DNA of 64,000 bases. It comes from an uncultured Fibrobacterota bacterium. GTDB taxonomy: Bacteria > Fibrobacterota > Chitinivibrionia > Chitinivibrionales > FEN-1185. Numbering within the stretch: the first letter of the stretch is position 1; every line of letters begins with the position of its first letter. The translations under genes and the position numbers were made by a program. The notes under the pieces are model-generated. The model had not been told where the DNA came from and did no database searches. It saw nothing but the letters and a program-made list of their open reading frames with translations. The stretch is taken from the NCBI GenBank assembly GCA_963729895.1, contig CAVSQB010000009.1:96001-160000 (forward strand). Reading direction: 5' to 3'. Of this stretch, positions 12,364-22,365 are shown one piece after another.

Positions 12364-12466
12364 AAGAGACGTTTATGCGCGGATGCGTAGAAGCGTATAT
12401 GCGGAAGAGTGAAGAACTTGACATTCGATCGCATTCACGCATTCACCGTTTTGAGGATAATCAACC

Positions 12467-13489
12467 ATGAGGTTCGGCAGTCCCGCATACTTCTGGCTTA
12501 TGCTCTGCATTCCCGTGCTCGTGGGGCTGTTTATCCTCGCATACCAATGGAAACAAGCCGCGCTGGCGCGTTTCGCCTCGCTTGCGCTCATGAAACGGTT
12601 GACGCCGGAGAAAATCCTCCAACAGCAGGTGCTCAAGTGGGTGCTGTTCCTCGGGTTCGTTTTTTTTGCAATTATTGCGCTCGCGCGCCCGCGTTTCGGA
12701 CTTAAGACAGAAATGATAGAGCGCAAAGGCGTTGACGTGATCGTGGCGCTCGACATTTCCAAAAGCATGCTGGCCGAAGATATTGCGCCCAACCGACTCG
12801 AAAGGGCGAAGTTCGAGATCGCGAAGCTCATCGACCTTCTGCGAGGCGACCGCGTGGGCATCATCGTGTTCGCAGGGGAAAGCTTTGTCCAGTGTCCGCT
12901 CACGCTCGATTATGGAGCGGCGAAAATGTTTTTGAGCGTGGTGACCACGGATTGGGTACAGACTCCCGGCACGGCCATTACCGAAGCCATAAACCAATCT
13001 GTGGAAGCGTTCCGGTCCCAAAAAAGCAAGTCGCGGGTCCTCATTCTCCTTTCGGACGGAGAAGATCAAGTGGGCGATGCGGAGGCTGCAGCCCAAAAGG
13101 CGGCTGCTCTCGGCATCAAGATATACACGGTGGGACTCGGGTCCGAAAACGGCGCGCCCATTCCTCTTAACAAAGGCAAAGGTAACATTTCGTACAAGAA
13201 AGACTCCAACGGGAACCTGGTGATGACGCGGCTCAATTCGCTCATGCTCGAAAAGATCGCCACGGAAGGAAACGGAAAGTACTTTCATGCCGGCACCATG
13301 CTCGACATGCCGGCAATTTATCACGAAATCTCAAAAATGGAGAAGAACGATCTCGGGACCGACCGGTTGAACATTTTCGAGGAACAATACCAGGCCTTTT
13401 GTGCCATCGCCCTGTTTTTCCTCCTGCTTGAATTTTTGGTGCCCGAGCTTGTCAAATCAAAACATCAATGGAAAGGAAGAATCGATTGA
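12467..13489 (+). CDS. batB: BatB VWA-domain protein
   Basis: ALARPRFG, DISKSMLAEDIAPNRLERAK, GDRVGIIVFAG, PLTLDY, LLSDGED. Confidence 0.9.
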   Translation: MRFGSPAYFWLMLCIPVLVGLFILAYQWKQAALARFASLALMKRLTPEKILQQQVLKWVLFLGFVFFAIIALARPRFGLKTEMIERKGVDVIVALDISKSMLAEDIAPNRLERAKFEIAKLIDLLRGDRVGIIVFAGESFVQCPLTLDYGAAKMFLSVVTTDWVQTPGTAITEAINQSVEAFRSQKSKSRVLILLSDGEDQVGDAEAAAQKAAALGIKIYTVGLGSENGAPIPLNKGKGNISYKKDSNGNLVMTRLNSLMLEKIATEGNGKYFHAGTMLDMPAIYHEISKMEKNDLGTDRLNIFEEQYQAFCAIALFFLLLEFLVPELVKSKHQWKGRID

Positions 13490-13491
13490 CC

Positions 13492-14328
13492 ATGGAAGCG
13501 CGGAAGAAAGCATGGGGACACCGTTTGTGCGCGCGCTCTTTCGCTGCCTGCACCTGCATTGCCGTGCTGGCCGCCGTGGCGTGTTCCGACGAGCTGCATT
13601 CGAAGAACGAGGCCGCAAACAAACAATACGGGAACAAGAATTACGATGAGGCGCTCAAGGCATACGACAATCTGATCCTGGAATATCCCGCCGAACAAAA
13701 ACTGAAAATGAACAAGGGGGCCGCCCTGTATCGGCTTGGCGAATACGAAAAAGCGGAAGAGGAGTACAATCAGGCAAAGGACGTCAAGGACAAGAAGGCG
13801 CTCGCCGCGCTCCACTACAACCTCGGCAACGCCCAGTACATGCAGGGCGACAAACTTTCCGCGCAGAACAACCAGCAGGCCATGGAGAAATACAAGGGCG
13901 CGCTGGAAAACTATATTAAGGCTCTCGACGCACGACCGTCGGACAAGGATACAAAATGGAACGTTCAGCTGGTTCAGAAGAAGATCAGACAGATGCAGAA
14001 CCAGCAACAACAGCAGCAGAATAATAAGGACAATAAACAGAACAAAGACAACAAAGACCTGAAGAACAATCAGAATGACCATGACAAGAACCAGGACAAA
14101 GACAAACAACAAGACAAGAACAAGCAGGATCAGAACAAAAATCAGCAGGACAAGAACAATCAGGACAATCAAAAACCCGAGCCCACGCCGCAGCAGAAAC
14201 AGGAAGACATGAAGAAAGACGAGGCCAAGCGGCTCATCGAACAATTCTCGGACGACGACAAAGAGCTCAACAAAAAGCCGGAAAAAACGGGAATAGCAGG
14301 TGAAAAGAAAGTGGAGAAGGACTGGTGA
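13492..14328 (+). CDS. batC: BatC TPR protein with a Q/N/K/D-rich linker
   Basis: TPR helices (HYNLGNA), low-complexity linker, C-terminal EKDW. Confidence 0.85.
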   Translation: MEARKKAWGHRLCARSFAACTCIAVLAAVACSDELHSKNEAANKQYGNKNYDEALKAYDNLILEYPAEQKLKMNKGAALYRLGEYEKAEEEYNQAKDVKDKKALAALHYNLGNAQYMQGDKLSAQNNQQAMEKYKGALENYIKALDARPSDKDTKWNVQLVQKKIRQMQNQQQQQQNNKDNKQNKDNKDLKNNQNDHDKNQDKDKQQDKNKQDQNKNQQDKNNQDNQKPEPTPQQKQEDMKKDEAKRLIEQFSDDDKELNKKPEKTGIAGEKKVEKDW

Positions 14329-16247
14329 CCAGCGGCGCAAAGGCAGGTAACGCGGCATTCGCTGACCGGATGAACGCGACCCACCCTCGATCTTTTTCGA
14401 GCGCTTCGGCGGCTTCGATGTTGTGCTGCCTCACCTTGCTCGCCGCCGCCGCCGGTTTTGCCGCGCATGCTCAGGACATTTCCTTTTCAGTTTCTGCAGA
14501 CAGGACCTCGGCAATGCTCGGCGAGCGGATCCAGGTGACCGCGCAGATTGTGAGCAACAAGCAGCTTTCCGGCTCATTTGCCCCGCAAATCCCAAAGAGC
14601 GATGATTTCGACATGCTCGGCATGAACCAGAATTCCTCGCAGTCAACATCGATACAGGTGGTAAACGGGAAGATGACGCAGAATGTCACTATCACCTATT
14701 TCTTCTACTATCAAATTGCGCCGAAAAAGCCCGGAACCTTTACGTTTCCCGCCCTCAAGACCGTAATTGACGGAAAGACCTATGCCTCGAATCCATTTGT
14801 CGTCTCCGTCGGAAAAGAGGCTGCGCCGGCCGCCACCGAGGTACATGTTCTCCTTTCGGTCACCAAGAAGAATCTGTACCTCGGTGAACAAACTTTCCTT
14901 ACCGTCAAGGTCGCCCAGAAAGCCGGCGCCCAGGTTCAATTGTCGCAGCAGGGATTGTTTAGCATGTACGACAAACTGGAAAAAGGCCTCAGCAAGGATT
15001 TTGCCGTGGCGAGGCTGTTTACCCAATTGCCCTCCAAGGGCGTCATGGAGGTGGTGAACGGCGAAAAGGAATTTGTCGTCAAAGTACAATACTCCCTCTT
15101 CCCCATTTCCACGGGCGACCTTTCGATACCTCCCGTGCCGTTCGAATACGTGAGTCTCAAACGCGTTCAATCCCGACGAGGGTCGGATCCTTTTTCGGAT
15201 TTCTTCCCCGATGAATTCTTCGGCGGCGGCGTACAACAAGTTGGCAAGAGCGTATTGTCGAACGGCCTCACCATCCATGCCTCTTTGCTGCCCCCGGCGC
15301 CTGCAGGTTTCTCAGGGGCCGTCGGATCCTTCACCATGAATGTCGGCGCCGACCCGCGGACCGTGCCCTCGGGCGAAGCAGTCACGCTGTCCATCGGCAT
15401 CCGCGGCAGCACCCGGCCCGGAAGCATGGGCGATATTTCCATGCCGCAATTGCCCGAATGTGAAGTATTCGCTCCGGAAAAGCACGTGTCGGTCGACACG
15501 ACGCAAAACGGTCTCACGTGCCAGAAAAGCTACAAGTACCTCGTGATCCCGAGACAGGAAGGCAGGCTCGTTGTCCCGCCGCTTTCCTGGGTCTACTTCG
15601 ACCCGGCGGCCCAGGTTTACAAAACGCTCAAGTCCGACACCATCGTCATCACCGTCACAAAAGGGAAGGCCACCCAGGCCGGCCAGACTCGGTATCTTAC
15701 CCAGGAGGAAATACGGCAGGTGGGCCAGGATATCCGGTATATCAAGACCGGCATTTCCATCGGGAAACAGACCGATTTTCCGTACAGAAATCCTCTCTTC
15801 CTGGTTCTCTTCCCTATTCCCTTCCTTATCGCGGCCTTCTCCCTTTTGTATAGGATGCAGGCGCAACGCTACGAAAGAGACGCCTTGCTCGCCCTCCGCC
15901 AGAGAGCGTCCCGCAGGGCTTTCCGTACGCTGGCCGGCCTGAAGAAGAACGCTGCCGCCATGCCGGCAACCGATTTCCTCGGGAACGTTTCCGTATGCCT
16001 GGAGAACTTCGTTACGCACAAATTCGGTTTTGCCGCAACAGGCAGGACTCTTGATGAATTGCGAAGCAGCCTTTTGGAACGCCACGTGAGCGCGGAGGTC
16101 ATCGAACGGCTTGCCGGTTTGCTGGAAAGCACCGACACGTTCCGGTTCGGCATGAAATCGCTTGACGCCTCCTCCAAATCCGGAATCCTCGAACAGGCGG
16201 CCGGGCTGATCCGGGATCTTGAAAGGCAGAAACGGGGAAAATCATGA
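14325..16247 (+). CDS. batD: BatD protein
   Basis: S.SIQVVNGK, F.GAVG.F, YFDP....YKTL, DIRYIK followed by a TM helix. Confidence 0.88.
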   Translation: MTSGAKAGNAAFADRMNATHPRSFSSASAASMLCCLTLLAAAAGFAAHAQDISFSVSADRTSAMLGERIQVTAQIVSNKQLSGSFAPQIPKSDDFDMLGMNQNSSQSTSIQVVNGKMTQNVTITYFFYYQIAPKKPGTFTFPALKTVIDGKTYASNPFVVSVGKEAAPAATEVHVLLSVTKKNLYLGEQTFLTVKVAQKAGAQVQLSQQGLFSMYDKLEKGLSKDFAVARLFTQLPSKGVMEVVNGEKEFVVKVQYSLFPISTGDLSIPPVPFEYVSLKRVQSRRGSDPFSDFFPDEFFGGGVQQVGKSVLSNGLTIHASLLPPAPAGFSGAVGSFTMNVGADPRTVPSGEAVTLSIGIRGSTRPGSMGDISMPQLPECEVFAPEKHVSVDTTQNGLTCQKSYKYLVIPRQEGRLVVPPLSWVYFDPAAQVYKTLKSDTIVITVTKGKATQAGQTRYLTQEEIRQVGQDIRYIKTGISIGKQTDFPYRNPLFLVLFPIPFLIAAFSLLYRMQAQRYERDALLALRQRASRRAFRTLAGLKKNAAAMPATDFLGNVSVCLENFVTHKFGFAATGRTLDELRSSLLERHVSAEVIERLAGLLESTDTFRFGMKSLDASSKSGILEQAAGLIRDLERQKRGKS

Positions 16248-17008
16248 CCACACGGCCCCTTTGTTTCTGTGCCGCCCTGATCTTCTCTTTTCTCGTACCC
16301 GAAAGGGCGGTTTCCGCTCCGGTAAATTTCTGGTTTGAAAAGGCCAATACGCTGTACGAGCATCAGTCGTATGACAGCGCCGCCTATTATTACGAACAAA
16401 TCCTTTCGTCGGGGCTTTCAAACAGCGCCGTCTATTACAATCTTGGGAACTCGTATTTCAGGCTGAAAAAGGTTGGGCTTGCATTGCTTGCCTACGAAAG
16501 GGCGCACCGGCTTTCTCCGAACGATGCGGAGATTGTTGCAAACATCAAGTTCGCGACCTCTGCCATCATCGACCGCATTCCGGCGCCGGAGCAGACCTTT
16601 TTTGAAACTGCGTTGCAGCGGCTCCACAGGCTTCTATCTCTCAATGTGCAATTATGGCTCCTTTTTTTTCTGCTGCTTTCTCTTGCGATTCTCTTTGCCG
16701 CAAGCTTGTACGCATCGCAAAATGCAAGGCTGTGGATCGTGTATCTGTCGTGTCTGCTGCTCCTTGTCACGGGCGCAGTCGGGGCATCGGCGGGCATCAA
16801 GATTTATAATAGCGAACGCGTCGAATATGCCATTGTGCTCTCTCCCTCGCTTGATGCGAAAAACGAGCCGAACGGCGCCAAGGTCATTTTCACCGTGCAC
16901 GAGGGAACAAAATTCCGGGTCCACAAATCCGTGAACGACTGGTCGTACGTGAGCCTTCCCACGGGACTCAGCGGGTGGGTTCTCAGCTCGTCAATCGGAA
17001 AGATCTAG
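16244..17008 (+). CDS. batE: BatE TPR + SH3b protein
   Basis: YYNLGNSYF...AYERA..LSP, TM helices, F.VHEGTK...W..V.L..G..GWV. Confidence 0.88.
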   Translation: MTTRPLCFCAALIFSFLVPERAVSAPVNFWFEKANTLYEHQSYDSAAYYYEQILSSGLSNSAVYYNLGNSYFRLKKVGLALLAYERAHRLSPNDAEIVANIKFATSAIIDRIPAPEQTFFETALQRLHRLLSLNVQLWLLFFLLLSLAILFAASLYASQNARLWIVYLSCLLLLVTGAVGASAGIKIYNSERVEYAIVLSPSLDAKNEPNGAKVIFTVHEGTKFRVHKSVNDWSYVSLPTGLSGWVLSSSIGKI

Positions 17009-17135
17009 CGGAAAGTCGCCTCGGCGGCATTGCCCGGTGATGTCCGGCCAAAGACGGGGCGTGAGGGTGGCGCAAAGTTCTTCCGGTTGCGATACATGCG
17101 CTTGGAAAATCGGACCCCAGCAGGGCAATTGCTCC

Positions 17136-17936
17136 ATGAAGTTCTGCGTGCTCAGAAGCGGATCGAGCGCAAACTGTACGTTTGTCGAGCACGGTCCGAC
17201 TCGCCTGCTCTTGGATGCCGGCGGCATGAGCCAGCGCGCATTACGCGCGGTCCTGTCGGAAATAAACGTCTCATTCGGCGACATTCACGCCGTCCTGGTG
17301 ACCCACCTTCATTCCGACCATCTCAACCGGAATGCGATTCTCCTGTGTGCCGGCCACGGCGTGCCAATGTACATTCACGAATCCAACATTAACGAACTCA
17401 ATCCTGTCGAGATCGCCGGCGTTCGCATCGTTCCCTATGCCTGCCGTGAATTCGCCGTGGGCGCTCTCCGCTTCACGGCCTTTGCCGTGGACCACGACGC
17501 CGCAAATCTCACGTGCGGATTCACGTTCTGGCCGGGCGATGCTCCTGGTTGCCGGGTGGCTTTTGCCACCGACCTCGGCTGTTTTCCCGACGCCATGGTG
17601 CGGCACTTCGTTGACTGCGCGTGCGTGGTCCTGGAAGCCAATCACGATACCGGGCTGCTTTGGAACAACCCACGCAGGCCATTTCTTCACAAGCGCCGCG
17701 TCGCCGCCGATACGGGGCACCTTTCGAACGAACAGGCCGCGCAAGCTCTTGTCAAGATATGTTCGGCATCGCGCCGTCTCCCTCGCTCCATTGTCTTGTC
17801 GCATTTGAGCAAAGACCACAATTCACCCGAACTGGCGCTCAGCCACGTCGGCGTCAGGCTCGAGGCCGCCGGTTTTTCTCCAAGACTCCTTGTTGCTTCC
17901 CGGGAAAAACGGATGGAGTTTATCGAGTGCGGATGA
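17136..17936 (+). CDS. MBL-fold metallo-hydrolase (YycJ/WalJ-like)
   Basis: L.SGSSAN, LLDAG, THLHSDH, DHDA, ATDLG, LEANHD, GHLSN, LSHLS. Confidence 0.88.
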   Translation: MKFCVLRSGSSANCTFVEHGPTRLLLDAGGMSQRALRAVLSEINVSFGDIHAVLVTHLHSDHLNRNAILLCAGHGVPMYIHESNINELNPVEIAGVRIVPYACREFAVGALRFTAFAVDHDAANLTCGFTFWPGDAPGCRVAFATDLGCFPDAMVRHFVDCACVVLEANHDTGLLWNNPRRPFLHKRRVAADTGHLSNEQAAQALVKICSASRRLPRSIVLSHLSKDHNSPELALSHVGVRLEAAGFSPRLLVASREKRMEFIECG

Positions 17937-18009
17937 AGGGAATCAAGATACGCTCACTCCAAAGGATGCGAAGAGTAAAAGACGGGGTTACTTCTTGACA
18001 TTCTTGGTC

Positions 18010-18102
18010 GCCCCCTAAATCCCCCGAAGGGGGACTCGAACGAAATTAGGTTTGTCGCAAGGGCGGTTTCCATTAAGTCCCCCTTCGGGGGATTTAGGGG
18101 GC
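18010..18102. repeat. 27-bp perfect inverted repeat of REP-like palindromic units
   Basis: gccccctaaatcccccgaagggggact (18010-18036) and its exact reverse complement (18076-18102), between convergent genes. Confidence 0.85.
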
Positions 18103-18112
18103 CGGGAAATTC

Positions 18113-18928
18113 TCACGTCTTCTTCAATCGTTCCCATTCGCGCGCCACAGCGTCCTCGTCGTTGGTCCATTCCGATACGTGCGTTGCGGCAGCCTTGGCG
18201 TCCAGGGAAGCGTTTCTGAGGGCTACGGCCGTGTGCGCGGCGGCAAACATGGGGATATCGTTGTTGGCGTCGCCGAACGCCGCAACATCGGCCAGATCGA
18301 CGCCGTAGGCGCGCGCCAGGGCGGCAAGGCCCTTGCCCTTGTCTGCCTGAGGACTCATGAATTCGAGATAATAGTCCCACGTTCGCACGATGTACAGCTC
18401 GTTTCCCCATCGCCGCCGCTGCTCGTGCTCCTCTTTATCAAGAACCGCCGGGTCGCCAACGAAAATAATTTTGAACGGCGATCGGCCCCGCATACCGGTC
18501 AGCGAGTCGAGCACGTGATACTCCGACGCGGTCTGCGCGTAATACAGGTCGTTCCACTTTGCGGTCTTCTCCGTGCGTACCGTGTACAGCATCCCGTCTA
18601 TATAGTAGTTGACGGCGAATTCCCGGTGTTCGGAGTGACGTACAAGCGCGTCGGCATGCAGGGACGGAAGCGGCGCGGCATGGACAAGAGCCGAGCCGCG
18701 GTCCGCCCCGGTGTACACTGCAGCGCCGTTAAGCGTCAGCAGGGCCGGAGCGCAGGCCAGGCCATGGGCGTATTGCATCATACTCGATCCAAGCCGTCCC
18801 GACGCCAGCACCACCACGGCCCCGCAGCGTGCCATGTCTTCCAGCGCGGCCTTGTTGGCCCGGGACAGGCGCTTATCTGATGTCAAGAGGGTTCCGTCGA
18901 GATCGAATGCCAGGAGTCGAGGGGGCAT
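18113..18928 (-). CDS. Cof-type HAD-IIB hydrolase
   Basis: AFDLDGTLL, LASGR, NGA, DKG..L, AFGDANNDIPM. Confidence 0.92.
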   Translation of the reverse strand: MPPRLLAFDLDGTLLTSDKRLSRANKAALEDMARCGAVVVLASGRLGSSMMQYAHGLACAPALLTLNGAAVYTGADRGSALVHAAPLPSLHADALVRHSEHREFAVNYYIDGMLYTVRTEKTAKWNDLYYAQTASEYHVLDSLTGMRGRSPFKIIFVGDPAVLDKEEHEQRRRWGNELYIVRTWDYYLEFMSPQADKGKGLAALARAYGVDLADVAAFGDANNDIPMFAAAHTAVALRNASLDAKAAATHVSEWTNDEDAVAREWERLKKT

Positions 18929-18980
18929 GAATGAACCTGCGGTTCCGAGACGCCCCGGGGAGGAGCGGACTTGGTTTATG

Positions 18981-20828
18981 TCAATGAGTCACGTTCGCCA
19001 AATACTGTTCACGGTAGAAAAACAGTTTGGGGTCGGTGAACTTGTAATAATTGTTCCCGAAATCGATGCCGTCGGTCCCCACCGTCCGCACGCCGTAGCC
19101 TACATGCACGTGCGGCCCGCTTGTTTCGCCCGTAAGGCCGATCGTGCCGACTACCGTGCCCTGCTTTACGCTCTGCCCCGTTTGGAAAAAACGCCTGTCC
19201 ATGTGGGAAAAGGTGAGTATCATCCCTTCGCGTGCGACGCCGAGCGTATGGCCGGCAGACCTGCTTTCCCGGTTTACCACCATTCCGTCAATGGGGGTAA
19301 TGATATTTGATCCGAGGCGCGCGGCGACATCAATGCCGTAGTGCGGCGTTCCGCCTCCCATGCCGCGATCGCACCAATCGCCGGTCACGTAGGAAAAAGG
19401 ATCATCAACCATGGACATGAAATATTCGTACACCGGAAGCAATTGTTTCTCCCGCGGGTTCACGATGTCCGACGGAGGATAAAAGACGATAGTAACGCCG
19501 GGAGCAACCTCATCGGCGGCGGGTAACCGCGGTTCGCCGGGCACACGCGTTCTGTTGTAGACATTCACCACTTCCTCAGCGTAGCGCTGAATGTCCTCCG
19601 GGCCGGGCACCATTGCCCGGTACCGGCAAATGGCGTATTTTGCGTATTTGTGAAGAGATTCCCCAGGCAGGAAGGTATGGGAGATAAGCGGCTGAGACGG
19701 TTCCACGAGCTGTTGCGGCGCAACGGGACGCGGCGCACGTGCGTTTGTTGCGGGAATATTAAGACCCAAGACCGTGACAATCAGGCCGGCCGCAACCAGC
19801 CTTGGGATAAATCGGGGCAGGGTATTGATACGCTGCGCCAGCGGCGGGGCGGTCTTTGGCGGCGGACTGTTGAGCACATACTGGACCCGGCGCGCCAATT
19901 CTTCGAACGCCCTGGTTGCGGCGCTGTACTGGTGAAACTCATGAATGGTCTTCCCTTCGTCTTGTGCGTCCCGGATGACCGCGGATTCGGGGATTTCCAG
20001 ATCGAACATCACCGATTGCGGTATTGTTGAAAGGCCCACTCTGGTCTTGAAATGCACCTGTTCGCACAAGCCGTCCAGATACCTTCGGTTCTCGCTCATG
20101 GTGCGGGTCTTGCCTTTTATTTTCGAATCTTCCCTGCCGAACACCTCATTCTTGATGATTCGCACGCGCACCGTGGGGTTCCTGCGCGCCAGCATCTTAA
20201 CATTGCGGAAATAATCCTTGAGGCTTTTGGTCGCCAGCGCATTGAGCGTTACGGGAATCAGATTGAGGCTGCTCCGCGTGTACAGCGCTTTAGTCACCGT
20301 ATTCCATACCGACGGAGTGTCGATCACAATGTACTTGTAGCAGGTGCGGCACAGTTCGAGGTTGTACAGGAAGTTCTGGAGATGAAAGAAAAAGACGGGC
20401 TTAAACAGATCGGAATTTGCCGGAAGAAGGTCGAGGCAAGGATGAATGTTGGTTGCAATCCGGGTGACCTCGCCGTGACCGACAATCTGAGACAACAAAC
20501 GGGACTCGGCCCGGCCAAGACAATCTGCAGCCCGTGCGGCAAGAGTGCCCTTCGCCCCGCGGGCCGAATGGCGTCCGTGCGAAAACCGCCTGCAAAACAA
20601 CTGCCACGAGGAATTCTGCACTGCTCCCGGATCTTTTCCCAGGGCGACGGTGGCACTTCCCTGCACGTCCAGATCGATGAGCAGGGTTGGTCCTCTTCTT
20701 GAAAACGCCGAAGCAAGGTTGGTGGCGACGGTGGATTTGCCGACCCCTCCCTTGATATTGGCAACATGAATTATCCCGCCGGCGTCGCTGTCGGCGAACA
20801 CGAGCGTCTTCCGGACCAGGCTGCCCAT
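18981..20828 (-). CDS. ParA-family ATPase fused to a TM segment, a LysM-like region and an M23 peptidase
   Basis: KGGVGKST, DLDVQG and IDTP; hydrophobic LVAAGLIVTVLGL; HYGID and GPHVH M23 zinc motifs. Confidence 0.8.
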   Translation of the reverse strand: MGSLVRKTLVFADSDAGGIIHVANIKGGVGKSTVATNLASAFSRRGPTLLIDLDVQGSATVALGKDPGAVQNSSWQLFCRRFSHGRHSARGAKGTLAARAADCLGRAESRLLSQIVGHGEVTRIATNIHPCLDLLPANSDLFKPVFFFHLQNFLYNLELCRTCYKYIVIDTPSVWNTVTKALYTRSSLNLIPVTLNALATKSLKDYFRNVKMLARRNPTVRVRIIKNEVFGREDSKIKGKTRTMSENRRYLDGLCEQVHFKTRVGLSTIPQSVMFDLEIPESAVIRDAQDEGKTIHEFHQYSAATRAFEELARRVQYVLNSPPPKTAPPLAQRINTLPRFIPRLVAAGLIVTVLGLNIPATNARAPRPVAPQQLVEPSQPLISHTFLPGESLHKYAKYAICRYRAMVPGPEDIQRYAEEVVNVYNRTRVPGEPRLPAADEVAPGVTIVFYPPSDIVNPREKQLLPVYEYFMSMVDDPFSYVTGDWCDRGMGGGTPHYGIDVAARLGSNIITPIDGMVVNRESRSAGHTLGVAREGMILTFSHMDRRFFQTGQSVKQGTVVGTIGLTGETSGPHVHVGYGVRTVGTDGIDFGNNYYKFTDPKLFFYREQYLANVTH

Positions 20829-20839
20829 TGCCCTCCCTC

Positions 20840-21193
20840 TTAAACGCTGTGCGACACCGCATCAATTATCGATTCGACTTCGGAAGGCTTTTGAAGAACG
20901 TAGTCTTTCTCGTGCCTGTTCCTGTCGCCAAGAGCCACAAAATTCTCCGGTGCATTGTAGAAAACTACCGGGACGTTTTCGATCTTCTTTCCGATCTGGA
21001 AATATGAATACATCGACCTGCCGTGATGCCAGGTGTCCACGTCCAGCAGGATGAGGCCGGGCAGAGAATTGTTCACCGCACCGAAAAAATCGTTGCATGT
21101 GCCGCATTGCACAACTTTGTAGCGACGTTTTTCGAGAATTTCCGCGAGTTTTGCTTTGCGGCTTTTCACTTCGTCCAGAATAAGAACGTCCAT
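20840..21193 (-). CDS. Stand-alone receiver (CheY-like) domain protein
   Basis: VLILDE, LILLD and LQKP pattern; RBS ggagga. Confidence 0.7.
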   Translation of the reverse strand: MDVLILDEVKSRKAKLAEILEKRRYKVVQCGTCNDFFGAVNNSLPGLILLDVDTWHHGRSMYSYFQIGKKIENVPVVFYNAPENFVALGDRNRHEKDYVLQKPSEVESIIDAVSHSV

Positions 21194-21424
21194 TGCGATT
21201 CCTCCTCTTTTTTTCGTTTGGGCGCTTTTGCCCAATGGTTATTTCGGATTTGCCCGGGCACTTTCCTAACGCCCCTCAGAACTTTTCGTGTTTTGCGTCA
21301 ACAATGAGGTCTTCGTTTGCGATTTGTCGAGTAAGTGAGACGGACCCACCCGTAACGCAACGGGCTATTCTCACGCGGGAAAAACTCAGAAGGATTTTTG
21401 CCCGGTCACCTGCCCTCCGGCGTC

Positions 21425-22114
21425 TCACTTGGACGGTGATTCATCGATTTCTCGTGCCAGATTCTCCGCCTTTTGTTTGAAAGCGGCTGCCTGGGAAGTA
21501 GTGTCCGACACGATCCGGCTGCAGTAACGTTTGGCGTCGCCGCCGCGGCCAACCTCTTTGCTTATGAGAGCGGCCTTCCATTCGATGGCCGGGAACCGGT
21601 AGGCCAGTCGAGAGTCCTCCAGCGCCTTGGCAAGATATTTCAGCGCTTCGTCGCGATTGCCCTTGGCCTCGTAGCAATCGGCAAGCCCCTCATGGGCGTC
21701 GCCCGACACAAAACCGGCCTTCGAATTACCGGAGGCCGCCGTGGTAAACCACGTAATGGCTTCGTCGTATTTTTCCTGGCGCAAGAACATGGACCCGAGC
21801 AGAAACGCGCTATATGCGGCCTGGGGTGAGATTTTGCTGTTGTCAACAACGGTCCTGAATCCCTCAATGGCTTTTCTTTCGTCACCGGCCGCATAAGCAA
21901 CCATTGCTCTGCCGAAAGCATCCTGGGCTTTTGCCTCGCCGGTCCGCTGCAGATACCCATACACCAGAAAGCCTGCCACCAACAGGCACAGAACGATACC
22001 CGCCCCCATGAGTGAATTACTTTTTGCGATGGAGAACTCTTTTGCTTTCGCAAGAAAGTCGATAAAAGGGTCTTTTCGAATTTCCTGTTTCTTCTTGCTG
22101 TACTTTATTTCCAA
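21425..22114 (-). CDS. Membrane-anchored TPR protein (YfgM-like)
   Basis: K.EIRKDPF N-terminus, one TM helix, TPR helices; TTG start after gggagga. Confidence 0.75.
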   Translation of the reverse strand: MEIKYSKKKQEIRKDPFIDFLAKAKEFSIAKSNSLMGAGIVLCLLVAGFLVYGYLQRTGEAKAQDAFGRAMVAYAAGDERKAIEGFRTVVDNSKISPQAAYSAFLLGSMFLRQEKYDEAITWFTTAASGNSKAGFVSGDAHEGLADCYEAKGNRDEALKYLAKALEDSRLAYRFPAIEWKAALISKEVGRGGDAKRYCSRIVSDTTSQAAAFKQKAENLAREIDESPSK

Positions 22115-22304
22115 AATGTCCTCCCAATGCCGCCATTGAATTTGGTGTGCCGACAGCCAAACTTATAAAATACATTCCTGCTTCGCGTCCGTTCAAGAAT
22201 CCGGCACGGCGGCATAGCAGGCCGGCAGGGACGCGCAACCTGTTCCTTGACTTTTTTCCAAATCAATCGCTTGTTCTCATTTTCAGCTACACCGGCTCCC
22301 AAAC

Positions 22305-22341
22305 AAAAAAGGCAGGATGAGAGCGTCACCCTGCCTTTTTT
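22305..22341. terminator. Bidirectional intrinsic terminator
   Basis: aaaaaaggcagg...cctgcctttttt hairpin flanked by A and T tracts, downstream of the 22366 gene. Confidence 0.8.
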
Positions 22342-22365
22342 GACTTTTGAGAACAGATCGAAGTG

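Noticed and set aside
13990..14170. Repetitive caggacaag/aacaa tract
   Set aside because: It encodes the normal Q/N/K/D linker of BatC and is not a CRISPR or DNA-level repeat
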